A DNA stretch of 64,000 nucleotides from Oscillospiraceae bacterium (GTDB lineage: Bacteria > Bacillota > Clostridia > Oscillospirales > UBA929), in NCBI GenBank assembly GCA_031550325.1, contig JAVBOR010000024.1, positions 4,062 through 68,061 of the forward strand, given 5' to 3'. Numbering within the stretch: position 1 is the stretch's first letter; every line of letters starts with the position of its first letter. Of the stretch, positions 26,432-34,947 are shown piece after piece. The notes below the pieces were generated by a model. It did no database searches, was not told the DNA's origin, and worked only from the letters and a program-made list of their open reading frames with translations. The position numbers and the translations under genes are program-made.

Positions 26432-27222
26432 GTACCGTGCGGGACGTTGTCACAGCGCTGGAGGCTTACGCGCCGCTGCGCGCAAAGATGAGCGGCGACA
26501 ACTGCGGACTTTTGCTTGGCCGCGCGGGTCAAACGGTGGAGAAAGCTTTGATTGCCCTTGACGTCACTCGCGCCGTGGTGGATGAGGCCAAGGCCTATGG
26601 CGCGCAAATGGTGATCACGCACCACCCTCTGTTTTTTCAGGTCAGCGCCCTGACGGACGAGACGCTCGAGGGACGCAACGCGCTTTTGCTGGCCGAGGCC
26701 GGGCTGGCGGTTTGCTGCATGCACACCAACCTGGACTTTGCCGCCAAGGGCGTCAATTACGCGCTGGCGCGCGCTGTCGGACTGTCCGGGCCGTACGAGG
26801 CGCTCAAGCCATTTGACTGGGCCAAAGAGGGCGACCCGCCGGGCGAGGGCCTGATGGGGCGCCTGGATGCGCCGCAGGACACCGAGAGCTTTGCGGCAAG
26901 CGTGCAGAAGGCACTTGCCAGCGCCGGAATACGCCTGCACGACGCCGGCAGGCCCGTGCGCCATGTCGGCCTGTGCAGCGGCTCGGGGGGAAGCCTCCTT
27001 GACGCCGCTCTTGAGCAGGGCGTGGACACCTTTTTAACCGGAGAGGTCAAGTATAACCACTACCTCGCGGCGGACGCCTTTGGCCTGAACCTGATCGAGG
27101 CCGGCCACTTTGAGACCGAGAACGTTATCTGCGAGCCACTGCGCGCCTATCTGCAGGCGAGTCTTCCCGGGATTAATTTTGGGCTTTCAGGCCTTCACAA
27201 GGAGCCGTATCGATGCCTTTAG
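26428..27222 (+). CDS. Nif3-like dinuclear metal centre protein (GTP cyclohydrolase 1 type 2 homolog)
   Basis: ATGA overlap with trmK. Sequence: ITHHPLFF..MHTNLD..GLCSGSGGSL..FLTGEVKYNH..AGHFETE. Confidence 0.88.
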   Translation: MSTVRDVVTALEAYAPLRAKMSGDNCGLLLGRAGQTVEKALIALDVTRAVVDEAKAYGAQMVITHHPLFFQVSALTDETLEGRNALLLAEAGLAVCCMHTNLDFAAKGVNYALARAVGLSGPYEALKPFDWAKEGDPPGEGLMGRLDAPQDTESFAASVQKALASAGIRLHDAGRPVRHVGLCSGSGGSLLDAALEQGVDTFLTGEVKYNHYLAADAFGLNLIEAGHFETENVICEPLRAYLQASLPGINFGLSGLHKEPYRCL

Positions 27223-28913
27223 ACGCTTTGGTGGTCACCGCGCTGGCCGGAGAGCTGCGCCGTGAGCTGACGGGTGCGCGCGTGGATAGGATTGTTCAGC
27301 CCGCCCGCGATGAGATTCAGCTTGCGCTGCATACGGCCTCCGGCAATGTGAAACTGCTGATTTCGGCCGGAATGCGGTATCCGCGGGTTCATCTGACCAC
27401 GGTTGCGCGCGAAAATCCCGCGCTGCCGCCGATGTTTTGTATGCTTCTGCGCAAGCACCTGCAGGGAGCGCGCCTGTGCGGGCTGACGCAGCCGCCGCTG
27501 GAGCGTGTGCTGGATCTGGAGTGGGAGTGCGTGGACGAGCTTGGCGAGCCGGTTCGCAGGCATCTTATATGCGAGCTGATGGGGCGTCACTCCAATGTGA
27601 TTTTGGTCGGGTCGGACGGGCGCATTATGGACTGTATGCGCCGCGTGGACAGTGAAATGTCAGAGCGGCGGCAGGTGCTGCCCGGGCTTTTCTACGCGCT
27701 GCCGCCCGGACAGGGAAAGCTCAGCCCGATGGCGGTCTCTGAAGACGAGCTCGCCGCGCTTTGGACGCAAAAGCCACCCGAAACGCCTCCGGAGGACTGG
27801 CTTCTCCATACCTTTGGCGGCCTGTCCCCGCTGATTTGCCGGGAGCTGGCCTTTCAAGGGATGCCCGAGGCGCTGCTCAGGCTGCGCAGGACGGTTTGGG
27901 AGGGGATGTTTACCCCCTTTATGCTGTGCGAAAAAGACGAGATCAAGGATTTTTCCTGTGTCCCGATCGGCCAGTATGGTGCGCTGTATTCGTGCCGGCA
28001 GGCGCAGAGCTTTTCAGCGCTGCTGGATGAGTTTTACACAAAGGGCGATCAGCGCGAACATATGCGCCAGCGCGGGCAGTCGCTGCAAAAGACAGCCGCG
28101 GCAAACCGTGACCGCGCGCTGCGCAGAGTGGCGCTGCAGGAGCAGGAGCTTGCGCAGGCCATGAACCGCGAACGCCTGCGGGAATACGGCGACCTGCTCA
28201 TGGCCAATCTGCACATCGTGGGGCGCGGCGCGGCGCAGGTGGAGGTGGAGGATTTCTATCACCCCGAGTGCGCCCGGGCGGTCATTGCGCTCGACGCACA
28301 CAAGTCCCCGCAGCAAAACGCCGCAAAATACTACAAGGACTACGCCAAGGCCAAGAACGCCGAACAGCTGCTGGCCATCCAGATGGAGCGCGGTCGGCAG
28401 GAAGCGCAATACTGGGAGAGCGTGCTGGAAGAACTCGGCCGCGTTTCCAGTGAAAAAGAGCTGACCGAGATTCACGAGGAGCTGTCTCCGCCGCCGCGCA
28501 GCCGAAAGCAAAAGGAAAAGGTTCCGCAGCCGCACGCGTTTGTGTCGACGGAAGGCATTCGGTTTTACGCGGGGCACAACAACAGGCAAAACGACTATCT
28601 AACCTTTCGTCTGGCGGCACGTGGCGACCTGTGGATGCACGCCCAAAAGTTCCCCGGCTGCCATGTTGTCATCGACTGCTCTGAGCGCCGTCCCGGAGAC
28701 GATACTCTGCTGGAGGCTGCCGTGGTGGCCGCCACGCTGTCTCAGGGCCGCAACAGCCCGAAGGTTCCCGTGGACTACACGCTTGTCCGCCATGTCAAAA
28801 AACCGCCGGCCGCCGCCGCCGGCATGGTGATTTACGATCAGTTCAAGACGATTCTGGTGGAGCCGGATGAGGCGCTGCTGACGAGACTGCGCCGCGAAGA
28901 CCGCCGCCGCTGA
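27213..28913 (+). CDS. rqcH: NFACT-family ribosome quality-control protein RqcH (FbpA-like)
   Basis: 566 aa. Sequence: MPLDALVVTALAGELRRELTGARVDRIVQPARDEIQL..LMGRHSNVILV..AKYYKDYAKAKNA..GHNNRQNDYLTF..DLWMHAQKFPGCHVVI. Confidence 0.88.
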   Translation: MPLDALVVTALAGELRRELTGARVDRIVQPARDEIQLALHTASGNVKLLISAGMRYPRVHLTTVARENPALPPMFCMLLRKHLQGARLCGLTQPPLERVLDLEWECVDELGEPVRRHLICELMGRHSNVILVGSDGRIMDCMRRVDSEMSERRQVLPGLFYALPPGQGKLSPMAVSEDELAALWTQKPPETPPEDWLLHTFGGLSPLICRELAFQGMPEALLRLRRTVWEGMFTPFMLCEKDEIKDFSCVPIGQYGALYSCRQAQSFSALLDEFYTKGDQREHMRQRGQSLQKTAAANRDRALRRVALQEQELAQAMNRERLREYGDLLMANLHIVGRGAAQVEVEDFYHPECARAVIALDAHKSPQQNAAKYYKDYAKAKNAEQLLAIQMERGRQEAQYWESVLEELGRVSSEKELTEIHEELSPPPRSRKQKEKVPQPHAFVSTEGIRFYAGHNNRQNDYLTFRLAARGDLWMHAQKFPGCHVVIDCSERRPGDDTLLEAAVVAATLSQGRNSPKVPVDYTLVRHVKKPPAAAAGMVIYDQFKTILVEPDEALLTRLRREDRRR

Positions 28914-28981
28914 CGCATTTTTATTTTACTCCCGAGGCATGATTGGCCGGCATTGGAGGATACTACGCCTATTGTGTGCCG

Positions 28982-29190
28982 TTTTGTCAAAGAACCCTCG
29001 GTACTCTGACAAAACGAGAGAAGGATTGCGTCTTTGCGAAGACTGTAAAAAAGCGTTTTCCCGGAGTGGATCCATGAAGGCATTATGTTTTCAATCTTTA
29101 TTGGTTTTGGTCAGGCAAGGACCTGCCGGCAGCGCCATTTGGCTCGACGCGACAACTGACAAAGGGCGCGCAAAGGTCTTTTTTGACACG
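28982..29190 (+). repeat. Composite intergenic element copy R2 (A-B-C-D, partly degenerate)
   Basis: A: TGTCAAAGAACC..GGTACTCTGACA (28985-29011), followed by AAACGAG. B remnant: tgcgtctttgcgaagact. C remnant: ttttcccggagtggatcc. D core: CAAGGACCTGCCGGCAGCGCCATTTGGCTCGAC (29116-29148). Tail: GGTCTTTTTTGACA. Confidence 0.8.
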
Positions 29191-29265
29191 CTATACCCTA
29201 TCACGTGGATTCCGCTTTGCGTGGTACACAAGCTGCGAATCGTATGAAACGGAGCCTATTGACCT

Positions 29266-31407
29266 ATGCTGAAAAAACAGAAGAACTCTGAGCAGTTTAT
29301 GAACCCTATGCGCGATGTGCCGGTTTTTCTGGCCATACGGCAAGCGCTGACCCTCATGATCCCTTTGTTTATGGCGGGGTCTTTTGCTGTTCTGATCAAC
29401 AATCTCCCCATCGCGGCTTTCCAAAACGCCATGGAGAATTTGTTCGGGGACAACTGGAAGAATTTTGGCGCCTATTTGTACCAGGGTACATTTGCGATTA
29501 TGTCGGTTGGCGTCCTCATTGCGGTGAGCTACAATTTTGCAGCAAACGACAAGATGTCCCGTCTGCAGAACATCAATCCCTTTTTATGCTCACTCATTTC
29601 GCTGACATGTTTCTTCACGCTGCTTTACGCGCCCGACCAAACGCTGAGCCTGCGCTGGTTCGGCCCGTTGGGGCTGTTTGTGGCAATTGTAACGGCGCTG
29701 GTTTCCGTGAAGGTTTTCCAGCTTCTTTACCGTGTAAATGCGCTACATTTTAATGTCTACAGTGACGCTGCGGACTCGACCGTCAACCAGGCGATGAGCT
29801 CACTGTTTCCAGCGCTGATCACCATTGTCCTGTTTGTGGCGATCCGCATGCTGCTTGACCTGCTGGGCATTCAGGATATCCACGCGACGCTGGAGGAAGG
29901 ACTGCGGCAGCTGTTTATCAGGATGCCGGTGACCATTTGGACTGCCCTGCTGTTTGTAATGAGTACCCACTTTTTTTGGTTTATGGGCATGCATGGAAAC
30001 AACATCCTGGAACCTGTGGTGCAGAACTCGTTCGGGCCGGCGCTTTTGGTCAATCAAAACCTTGTTGCGCAGGGGCTGCCGCCCTCCGAGGTGTTCACCA
30101 AGCAGTTTTTTGACGTATTCGTGTATTTGGGCGGCTCCGGCGCGACCTTGTGCCTGCTGGTTGCGCTGTTTATCGGCGCGCGCCGCAGCAACGCGCGGCA
30201 GATCGCTGCAATTTCGGCGCTGCCCAGCGTCATCAATGTCAACGAGATGCTGATGTATGGGTTGCCGCTGATTTTCAACATGTATTTTATCATTCCGTTT
30301 ATCGGTGTGCCGCTGCTGCTGACGCTGACATCTTACGCTGCCATGTCGCTTGGCCTTGTCCCGCTGACCGTGGAGTCCGTCGAATGGACCACGCCCATAT
30401 TTCTGGGCGGCTACATGGCCACGAACTCTGTGGCGGGCATTGCCCTGCAGGCGTTTAACCTGACGCTTGGCGTCATGGCCTATCTGCCGTTTGTACGTAT
30501 GCATGAACGCCGTTTGGCGCGCGACAACGAACGCACGCTCAAGTCGCTCCAGCAGGAAACGCTGACCTTCAATCTGCGCCATTCCAAAGAGTTTCTCAAC
30601 AGGCGGGACGCCGAGGGAAACCTGGCGCGCATCCTCGCCAGAGACATGGAGCAGGATTTAAGCGAGAAGAAGATGCGGCTGGAGTACCAGCCGCTGGTGA
30701 ACAATGAGGGCCGCGTCGAGGCCGTCGAGGCGCTGCTTCGCTGGACACACGAGACCTACGGCGATATCGCTTCGCCCATGGTCATTCAGCTTGCGGAAGA
30801 GAGCGGACTGATTCATGAGTTCGGACTGTGGATTTTCCAGGAGTCGATTGACGCGCTGAAGGTGATGCGCGCTGCCGGCCTGGATATTGTGATCTCGGTC
30901 AACATCACGCCAGTACAGCTTGACTGGCCTGAGTTTGCGCCCCGCCTCGAGAAAATGCTGAACCAGTCCGGGCTGCCGCCCGACAAGGTGGAGATTGAAA
31001 TCACCGAACAGGTGGCGCTGGGGGGCCTCGACAGGCTCAAGCAGATCCACCGCCTGCGCTCCATCGGCGTTCGGATGGCCATGGACGACTTTGGCATGGG
31101 ACACAGCTCGCTGATGTACCTGAAGGAGTTTGACCTGAACACGATCAAGCTTGACGGCGGGCTGGTGCGCGAAGTGCTCACCAATCAAAACTGCCGAGAG
31201 ATCATAAACTCCATTGTCCACCTGAGCCGCTCGATGAATCTTCAGACCGTCGCCGAGTTCGTCGAAACCGAGCAGCAGCGGGACGCGCTGCAGGAGCTGG
31301 GCTGCAACTTGTACCAGGGCTATTACTACAGCCGTTCTCTTCCGCTGGATCGGCTTGTGGAGTACGCGCTGGCGCAGAACGCGTCCCATCCCGCGCACCA
31401 CGCGTAA
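29266..31407 (+). CDS. PTS EIIC-like (lactose/cellobiose family) membrane domain fused to an EAL cyclic-di-GMP phosphodiesterase domain
   Basis: 713 aa. The N-terminal ~410 aa are polytopic, with FLAIRQALTLMIPLFMAGSFAVLINNLP, which resembles CelB/ChbC EIIC. The C-terminal ~240 aa carry YQPLV..VEALLRW, N..VN, EITE, DDFGMGHSSL, KLDG, EFVETEQQ and QGYYYSR. All EAL catalytic blocks look intact. Confidence 0.8.
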   Translation: MLKKQKNSEQFMNPMRDVPVFLAIRQALTLMIPLFMAGSFAVLINNLPIAAFQNAMENLFGDNWKNFGAYLYQGTFAIMSVGVLIAVSYNFAANDKMSRLQNINPFLCSLISLTCFFTLLYAPDQTLSLRWFGPLGLFVAIVTALVSVKVFQLLYRVNALHFNVYSDAADSTVNQAMSSLFPALITIVLFVAIRMLLDLLGIQDIHATLEEGLRQLFIRMPVTIWTALLFVMSTHFFWFMGMHGNNILEPVVQNSFGPALLVNQNLVAQGLPPSEVFTKQFFDVFVYLGGSGATLCLLVALFIGARRSNARQIAAISALPSVINVNEMLMYGLPLIFNMYFIIPFIGVPLLLTLTSYAAMSLGLVPLTVESVEWTTPIFLGGYMATNSVAGIALQAFNLTLGVMAYLPFVRMHERRLARDNERTLKSLQQETLTFNLRHSKEFLNRRDAEGNLARILARDMEQDLSEKKMRLEYQPLVNNEGRVEAVEALLRWTHETYGDIASPMVIQLAEESGLIHEFGLWIFQESIDALKVMRAAGLDIVISVNITPVQLDWPEFAPRLEKMLNQSGLPPDKVEIEITEQVALGGLDRLKQIHRLRSIGVRMAMDDFGMGHSSLMYLKEFDLNTIKLDGGLVREVLTNQNCREIINSIVHLSRSMNLQTVAEFVETEQQRDALQELGCNLYQGYYYSRSLPLDRLVEYALAQNASHPAHHA

Positions 31408-31411
31408 GGCT

Positions 31412-31620
31412 GCCAAAGAACCTTTGGTCTAAGCGGTGCTTAAAGAAGAGACGAGCTGTGTTCGCCCGCGGGCGGTCAATGACCGCCCCTATATTGGCTC
31501 CCCGTCTCAACGCGGCTTTTGGCGAGGTTTTTGACAGTCTGAGGGCGTTCTCGGATTCACTCCGGGAACGCCCTGTTCTGGGCCTTTTTGACGGCTTTCC
31601 GCCGCCCGGTGCAGGCGGGC
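31412..31620. repeat. Mosaic of repeat modules (degenerate A, reversed C) and short GC hairpins
   Basis: CCAAAGAACCtttGGTC (31414-31430). GGGCGGTCA-a-TGACCGCCC (31469-31487). Reversed module C: AGGGCGTTC-tcggattcactccgg-GAACGCCCT (31542-31574). CCGCC-cggtgca-GGCGG (31601-31617). Confidence 0.7.
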
Positions 31621-31699
31621 GATCCCTGGAAGAGGCCGGCCGCTTTGAGGGCGTGCGGCATAGCCGGACTTTGATTGGCCAATACTATGCGCGGAGGGG

Positions 31700-33352
31700 A
31701 TGGCCTTGAAAAAGTCACTGCTTGCCGCCGTATTGGCTGTGAGTGTTTTGGCCGGGTCGGCCGGAGACGCGATGGCGGCGAAAAGCATAGAGAGCATCAG
31801 CTACCTGTTTGCGGGCAACACATCCATTTACACGCACAACGTGGGCAGAACAAAAGAGAATCTCACCTCGGTCTGTCCGGACTACTTTGAGGTAAGTTCA
31901 AGAGGGACTCTGATCAAAACGCGTGAGCCCGATCCGCTTTTTATTGAAACCATGCATGCGAGCGGGGTGCGCGTGGTCCCGTTTGTCAGCAACCATTGGG
32001 TTGCCGAGGCAGGAAGGGCGGCAACACAAAACGCAGAGCTCATCGGCGCGCAGCTCTCGCTGTGGATGGCCCAGTATGGATTTGACGGCGTAGATATTGA
32101 CATTGAAAACCTGAACCATAATGACCGCGAGGCGTTTACTGCGTTTATGCGAACATTGCGCCGGTGTCTGCCGAAGGGCGCCTATTTATCGGTTTGCGTC
32201 GCGCCCAACCCCTGGGGCATCAGCAAGGGCTGGCAGGGTCAGTATGATATGGCCGCGCTGGCGGACATATGCGATACGGTTTTTTTGATGGCATATGACG
32301 ACCATTATGATGGCGACGCGAATCCCGGCGCCGTGGCCGGTTTACCGTTTGTGGAAAAATCGGTTGTACAGGCGCTGAAGACTGTTCCGGCCTCCAAACT
32401 TGTTCTCGGTGTGCCCTTTTACGGGCGGTATTGGATAAAGGGAAACGCCACAGGGGGAAAGGCGCTGACAGTGTCGGACATTGGCAACTTGACGGCCCGG
32501 TACGAGTCCACGGTGTGGTATGACGGCGTGCAGCACTGCGCGCGCGCGAGTATGGTCATCAAGCCCAGCGACGTCTCCCAGGGGCTGTGGGGCGGCAAAA
32601 AGCTTGCGGCAGGGACGTATGACATCTGGTATGAAAATGACGCTTCGATCGAAAAAAAGCTTTCATTGATTAAAAAATATAACCTGAAGGGCGCAGGAAG
32701 CTGGGCGCTTGGACAGGAACCTGAAACCCTTTGGAAGGGCTACCGAAAATGGCTGTATGGGTTGCCGTTTAACGACATTGAGAGCCACTGGGCAGAGCCC
32801 GCCATTGCAAGAGTACACAACCTGGGCATTGTCTCCGGTACGGGCGGCGATACGTTTTCTCCCAACGAGAACCTCACGCGCGCCCAAGCCTGCGTACTTC
32901 TGTGCAAGATGCTGGACATTAAGCCCATGGAATCAGCCCCCTATGTCCCGGCGGACATTCAGGGGCACTGGGCCGAGGGCTATATGCTGTCGGCGATTTA
33001 CCGGCGGCTTTTTGAGGGCTATCCCGACGGCACCTATCGGCCCTCTGAGCCTGTGACACGGCAGGAAATGGCTGCTCTGATCGAAAAAACGCTGCACCTT
33101 CCTGAAACCATCGATTTTAACCAGAAGCTGTTTACTGACGTAAATCCCCAGAGCTGGTCCAATCGGGCGATCATCACGCTGGCGGTGTACAATGTCGTCA
33201 GCGGCTATACCGACGGTTCGTTCAGACCGCTGGACACTGTGCTGCGCGCTGAGGCGGTCAGCATGATTGATAAAATTGCCGAGCTTCCCAAAAAAGACTT
33301 TCCGATGGCATCGCTCTTCGAGGATCCGCCACAGATTGTTGAGCCGCGGTGA
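31700..33352 (+). CDS. GH18 glycoside hydrolase (YaaH/YdhD-like peptidoglycan or chitin hydrolase) with three C-terminal SLH domains
   Basis: Signal peptide MALKKSLLAAVLAVSVLAGSAGDAMA (alternative TTG start at 31706). GH18 catalytic motif FDGVDIDIE. The C-terminal repeats FNDIESHWAEPAI..TFSPNENLTRAQA, PADIQGHWAEGYM..YRPSEPVTRQEMA and FTDVNPQSWSNRAI..SFRPLDTVLRAEA are SLH modules. Confidence 0.85.
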   Translation: MALKKSLLAAVLAVSVLAGSAGDAMAAKSIESISYLFAGNTSIYTHNVGRTKENLTSVCPDYFEVSSRGTLIKTREPDPLFIETMHASGVRVVPFVSNHWVAEAGRAATQNAELIGAQLSLWMAQYGFDGVDIDIENLNHNDREAFTAFMRTLRRCLPKGAYLSVCVAPNPWGISKGWQGQYDMAALADICDTVFLMAYDDHYDGDANPGAVAGLPFVEKSVVQALKTVPASKLVLGVPFYGRYWIKGNATGGKALTVSDIGNLTARYESTVWYDGVQHCARASMVIKPSDVSQGLWGGKKLAAGTYDIWYENDASIEKKLSLIKKYNLKGAGSWALGQEPETLWKGYRKWLYGLPFNDIESHWAEPAIARVHNLGIVSGTGGDTFSPNENLTRAQACVLLCKMLDIKPMESAPYVPADIQGHWAEGYMLSAIYRRLFEGYPDGTYRPSEPVTRQEMAALIEKTLHLPETIDFNQKLFTDVNPQSWSNRAIITLAVYNVVSGYTDGSFRPLDTVLRAEAVSMIDKIAELPKKDFPMASLFEDPPQIVEPR

Positions 33353-33361
33353 GTCAGCCCG

Positions 33362-33664
33362 CTGTCAAAGAACCTTTTACGGTCAGAGAACCTTTGGTTC
33401 GCTGACAAAACGAGGGATGGATTAAACCGCTGTGGCGGCATGAAGGGAAACGGTTTCGAGAAATGAATTCCCGAAACCGTTGTGGTTCCTATTTTTCCTG
33501 GATTCGGTCCAGCAAGAACCTGCCGCCTGCGGCGTCAGGCTCGACGCGAATCCAGGAAAAGGACGAAGGCGCAAAGCGCTTTTTTGAAAGCCTGAGGCGT
33601 TCCCGGATTCATTCCAGGAACGCCTCAGGCTCAGGCTGTCAGAGAACCTTTGGTTCTCTGACAA
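33362..33664 (+). repeat. Composite intergenic element copy R3 plus an extra reversed C module and an extra A palindrome
   Basis: A: GTCAGAGAACC-ttt-GGTTCGCTGAC (33382-33406), followed by AAAACGAG. C: AACGGTTTCG..CGAAACCGTT (33449-33481). D arms: TTTTCCTGGATTCG (33493-33506) and CGAATCCAGGAAAA (33547-33560) around the conserved core. Reversed C: CTGAGGCGTTCC-cggattcattcca-GGAACGCCTCAG (33592-33628). A: TGTCAGAGAACC-ttt-GGTTCTCTGACA (33637-33663), followed by AAACGAA. Confidence 0.9.
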
Positions 33665-33786
33665 AACGAAAGGAGCGCGCGTGGGCATTTTTGCCAGGGT
33701 TATGTAACCAAAATGTTTGTTGAGTTCTCTGTCGAGCTATGATAGACTGTAGGGGAAATTGGGATAAAACGGAGTGTATAAAGGGT

Positions 33787-34947
33787 ATGAAGAAATGGTT
33801 TCTGGTCTTTTTATCAATGATGCTGCTGCTCAGCGCGTGTTCTGTCCTTTCCCCGGATCAGCAGGCGTCCGGTAAGGATAATCCTTCCTCGCAGCTTTCC
33901 CCGTCCCCATCTCCAACACCGACGCCAACGCCGACACCCAGCCCGACGCCTTCCCCCAGTCCCACGCCGACGCCCCGGCCCTCCATTGCCCCCGAAGATC
34001 TGGAGGTCTACACGGGCCCCCTCCATCATGTGTTTTACCACTTCTTGATCGCGTATCCCGAGGTCGCGCGCACAACGGGATACTGGAAAAACCTCGCGAC
34101 CGACTGCGTCACGCCGACCGAGTATTGGCGCTCTCTGGAGGAGCTTTACAAAAACGGCTATGTTCTGATGAATATCAACGATTACATCACCATCAACGAG
34201 GACGGGACGATCACCCAAAACCCCATCCTGGTGCCCAAGGGCAAAAAGCCGCTCGTCATGTCGTTTGACGACATGAGCTACTATTCAAAGAACCACGGAA
34301 AGGGCATATGTGACAAGGTCATTTTAGACGAAAACGGGGAGTTCGCCATGCTGACCCGGCTCGATGATGGGTCGGATAAGATCACATACGACAACGGGTG
34401 CATTCCGCTTTTGGAAAAGTTCTGTAAAGAGAACCCCGACTTTTCGCCGTTTGGCGACAAGGGTCTGCTGGCGATGACAGGATACGACGGCATTCTGGGC
34501 TACCGCGTCCAGCGCGACAGCCCAAACCGAGAGAGCGAAGTTAAGGACGCCAAGGTGGTTGTCGAAGCGCTCAAGGACGCAGGATGGACGTTTGGGTCGC
34601 ACAGCTACGGGCACATCCACATGCAGAAGGTTGGCGCCGAGCGCGTTCGCGAGGACACGCAGCATTGGGCAGACGAGATCATGCCGGTGGTCGGCGAAAC
34701 CTCTGTCTATGTTTTCCCGTTTGGCGAGTATACCAAGCACGATCAGCAGGAGTTCCAGATCCTGCTGCAAAACGGCTTTAAGATCCTGTGCGGCGTGGGC
34801 ATGCCGCCGTACGCCAAGGCGTACGAAACATACTATTTTATGGACAGACAGAACATTGACGGGTATTCGCTGAGCAACAGCGCCAAGTGGCTCAAGCCCT
34901 TGATGGACGCCCAGGTGGTATACAGTGTTGAAGAACGCGACAAGTAG
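33787..34947 (+). CDS. Lipoprotein with a polysaccharide deacetylase (NodB-like) domain
   Basis: ATG 33787. MKKWFLVFLSMMLLLSAC lipobox, then a (S/T)P-rich linker. Also PLVMSFDDMSYY and GSHSYGHIHM (DD and HxxxH metal motifs). Confidence 0.65.
   Translation: MKKWFLVFLSMMLLLSACSVLSPDQQASGKDNPSSQLSPSPSPTPTPTPTPSPTPSPSPTPTPRPSIAPEDLEVYTGPLHHVFYHFLIAYPEVARTTGYWKNLATDCVTPTEYWRSLEELYKNGYVLMNINDYITINEDGTITQNPILVPKGKKPLVMSFDDMSYYSKNHGKGICDKVILDENGEFAMLTRLDDGSDKITYDNGCIPLLEKFCKENPDFSPFGDKGLLAMTGYDGILGYRVQRDSPNRESEVKDAKVVVEALKDAGWTFGSHSYGHIHMQKVGAERVREDTQHWADEIMPVVGETSVYVFPFGEYTKHDQQEFQILLQNGFKILCGVGMPPYAKAYETYYFMDRQNIDGYSLSNSAKWLKPLMDAQVVYSVEERDK

Noticed and set aside
33895-33975. Nucleotide-level (S/T)P repeats here and in the GH3 (about 57975-58050) and PotD-like (about 46500-46560) genes, considered as a possible shared repeat element
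   Set aside because: They are in-frame low-complexity Pro/Ser/Thr linkers placed right after lipoprotein signal peptides. Their similarity reflects codon composition, not a mobile or structured element.
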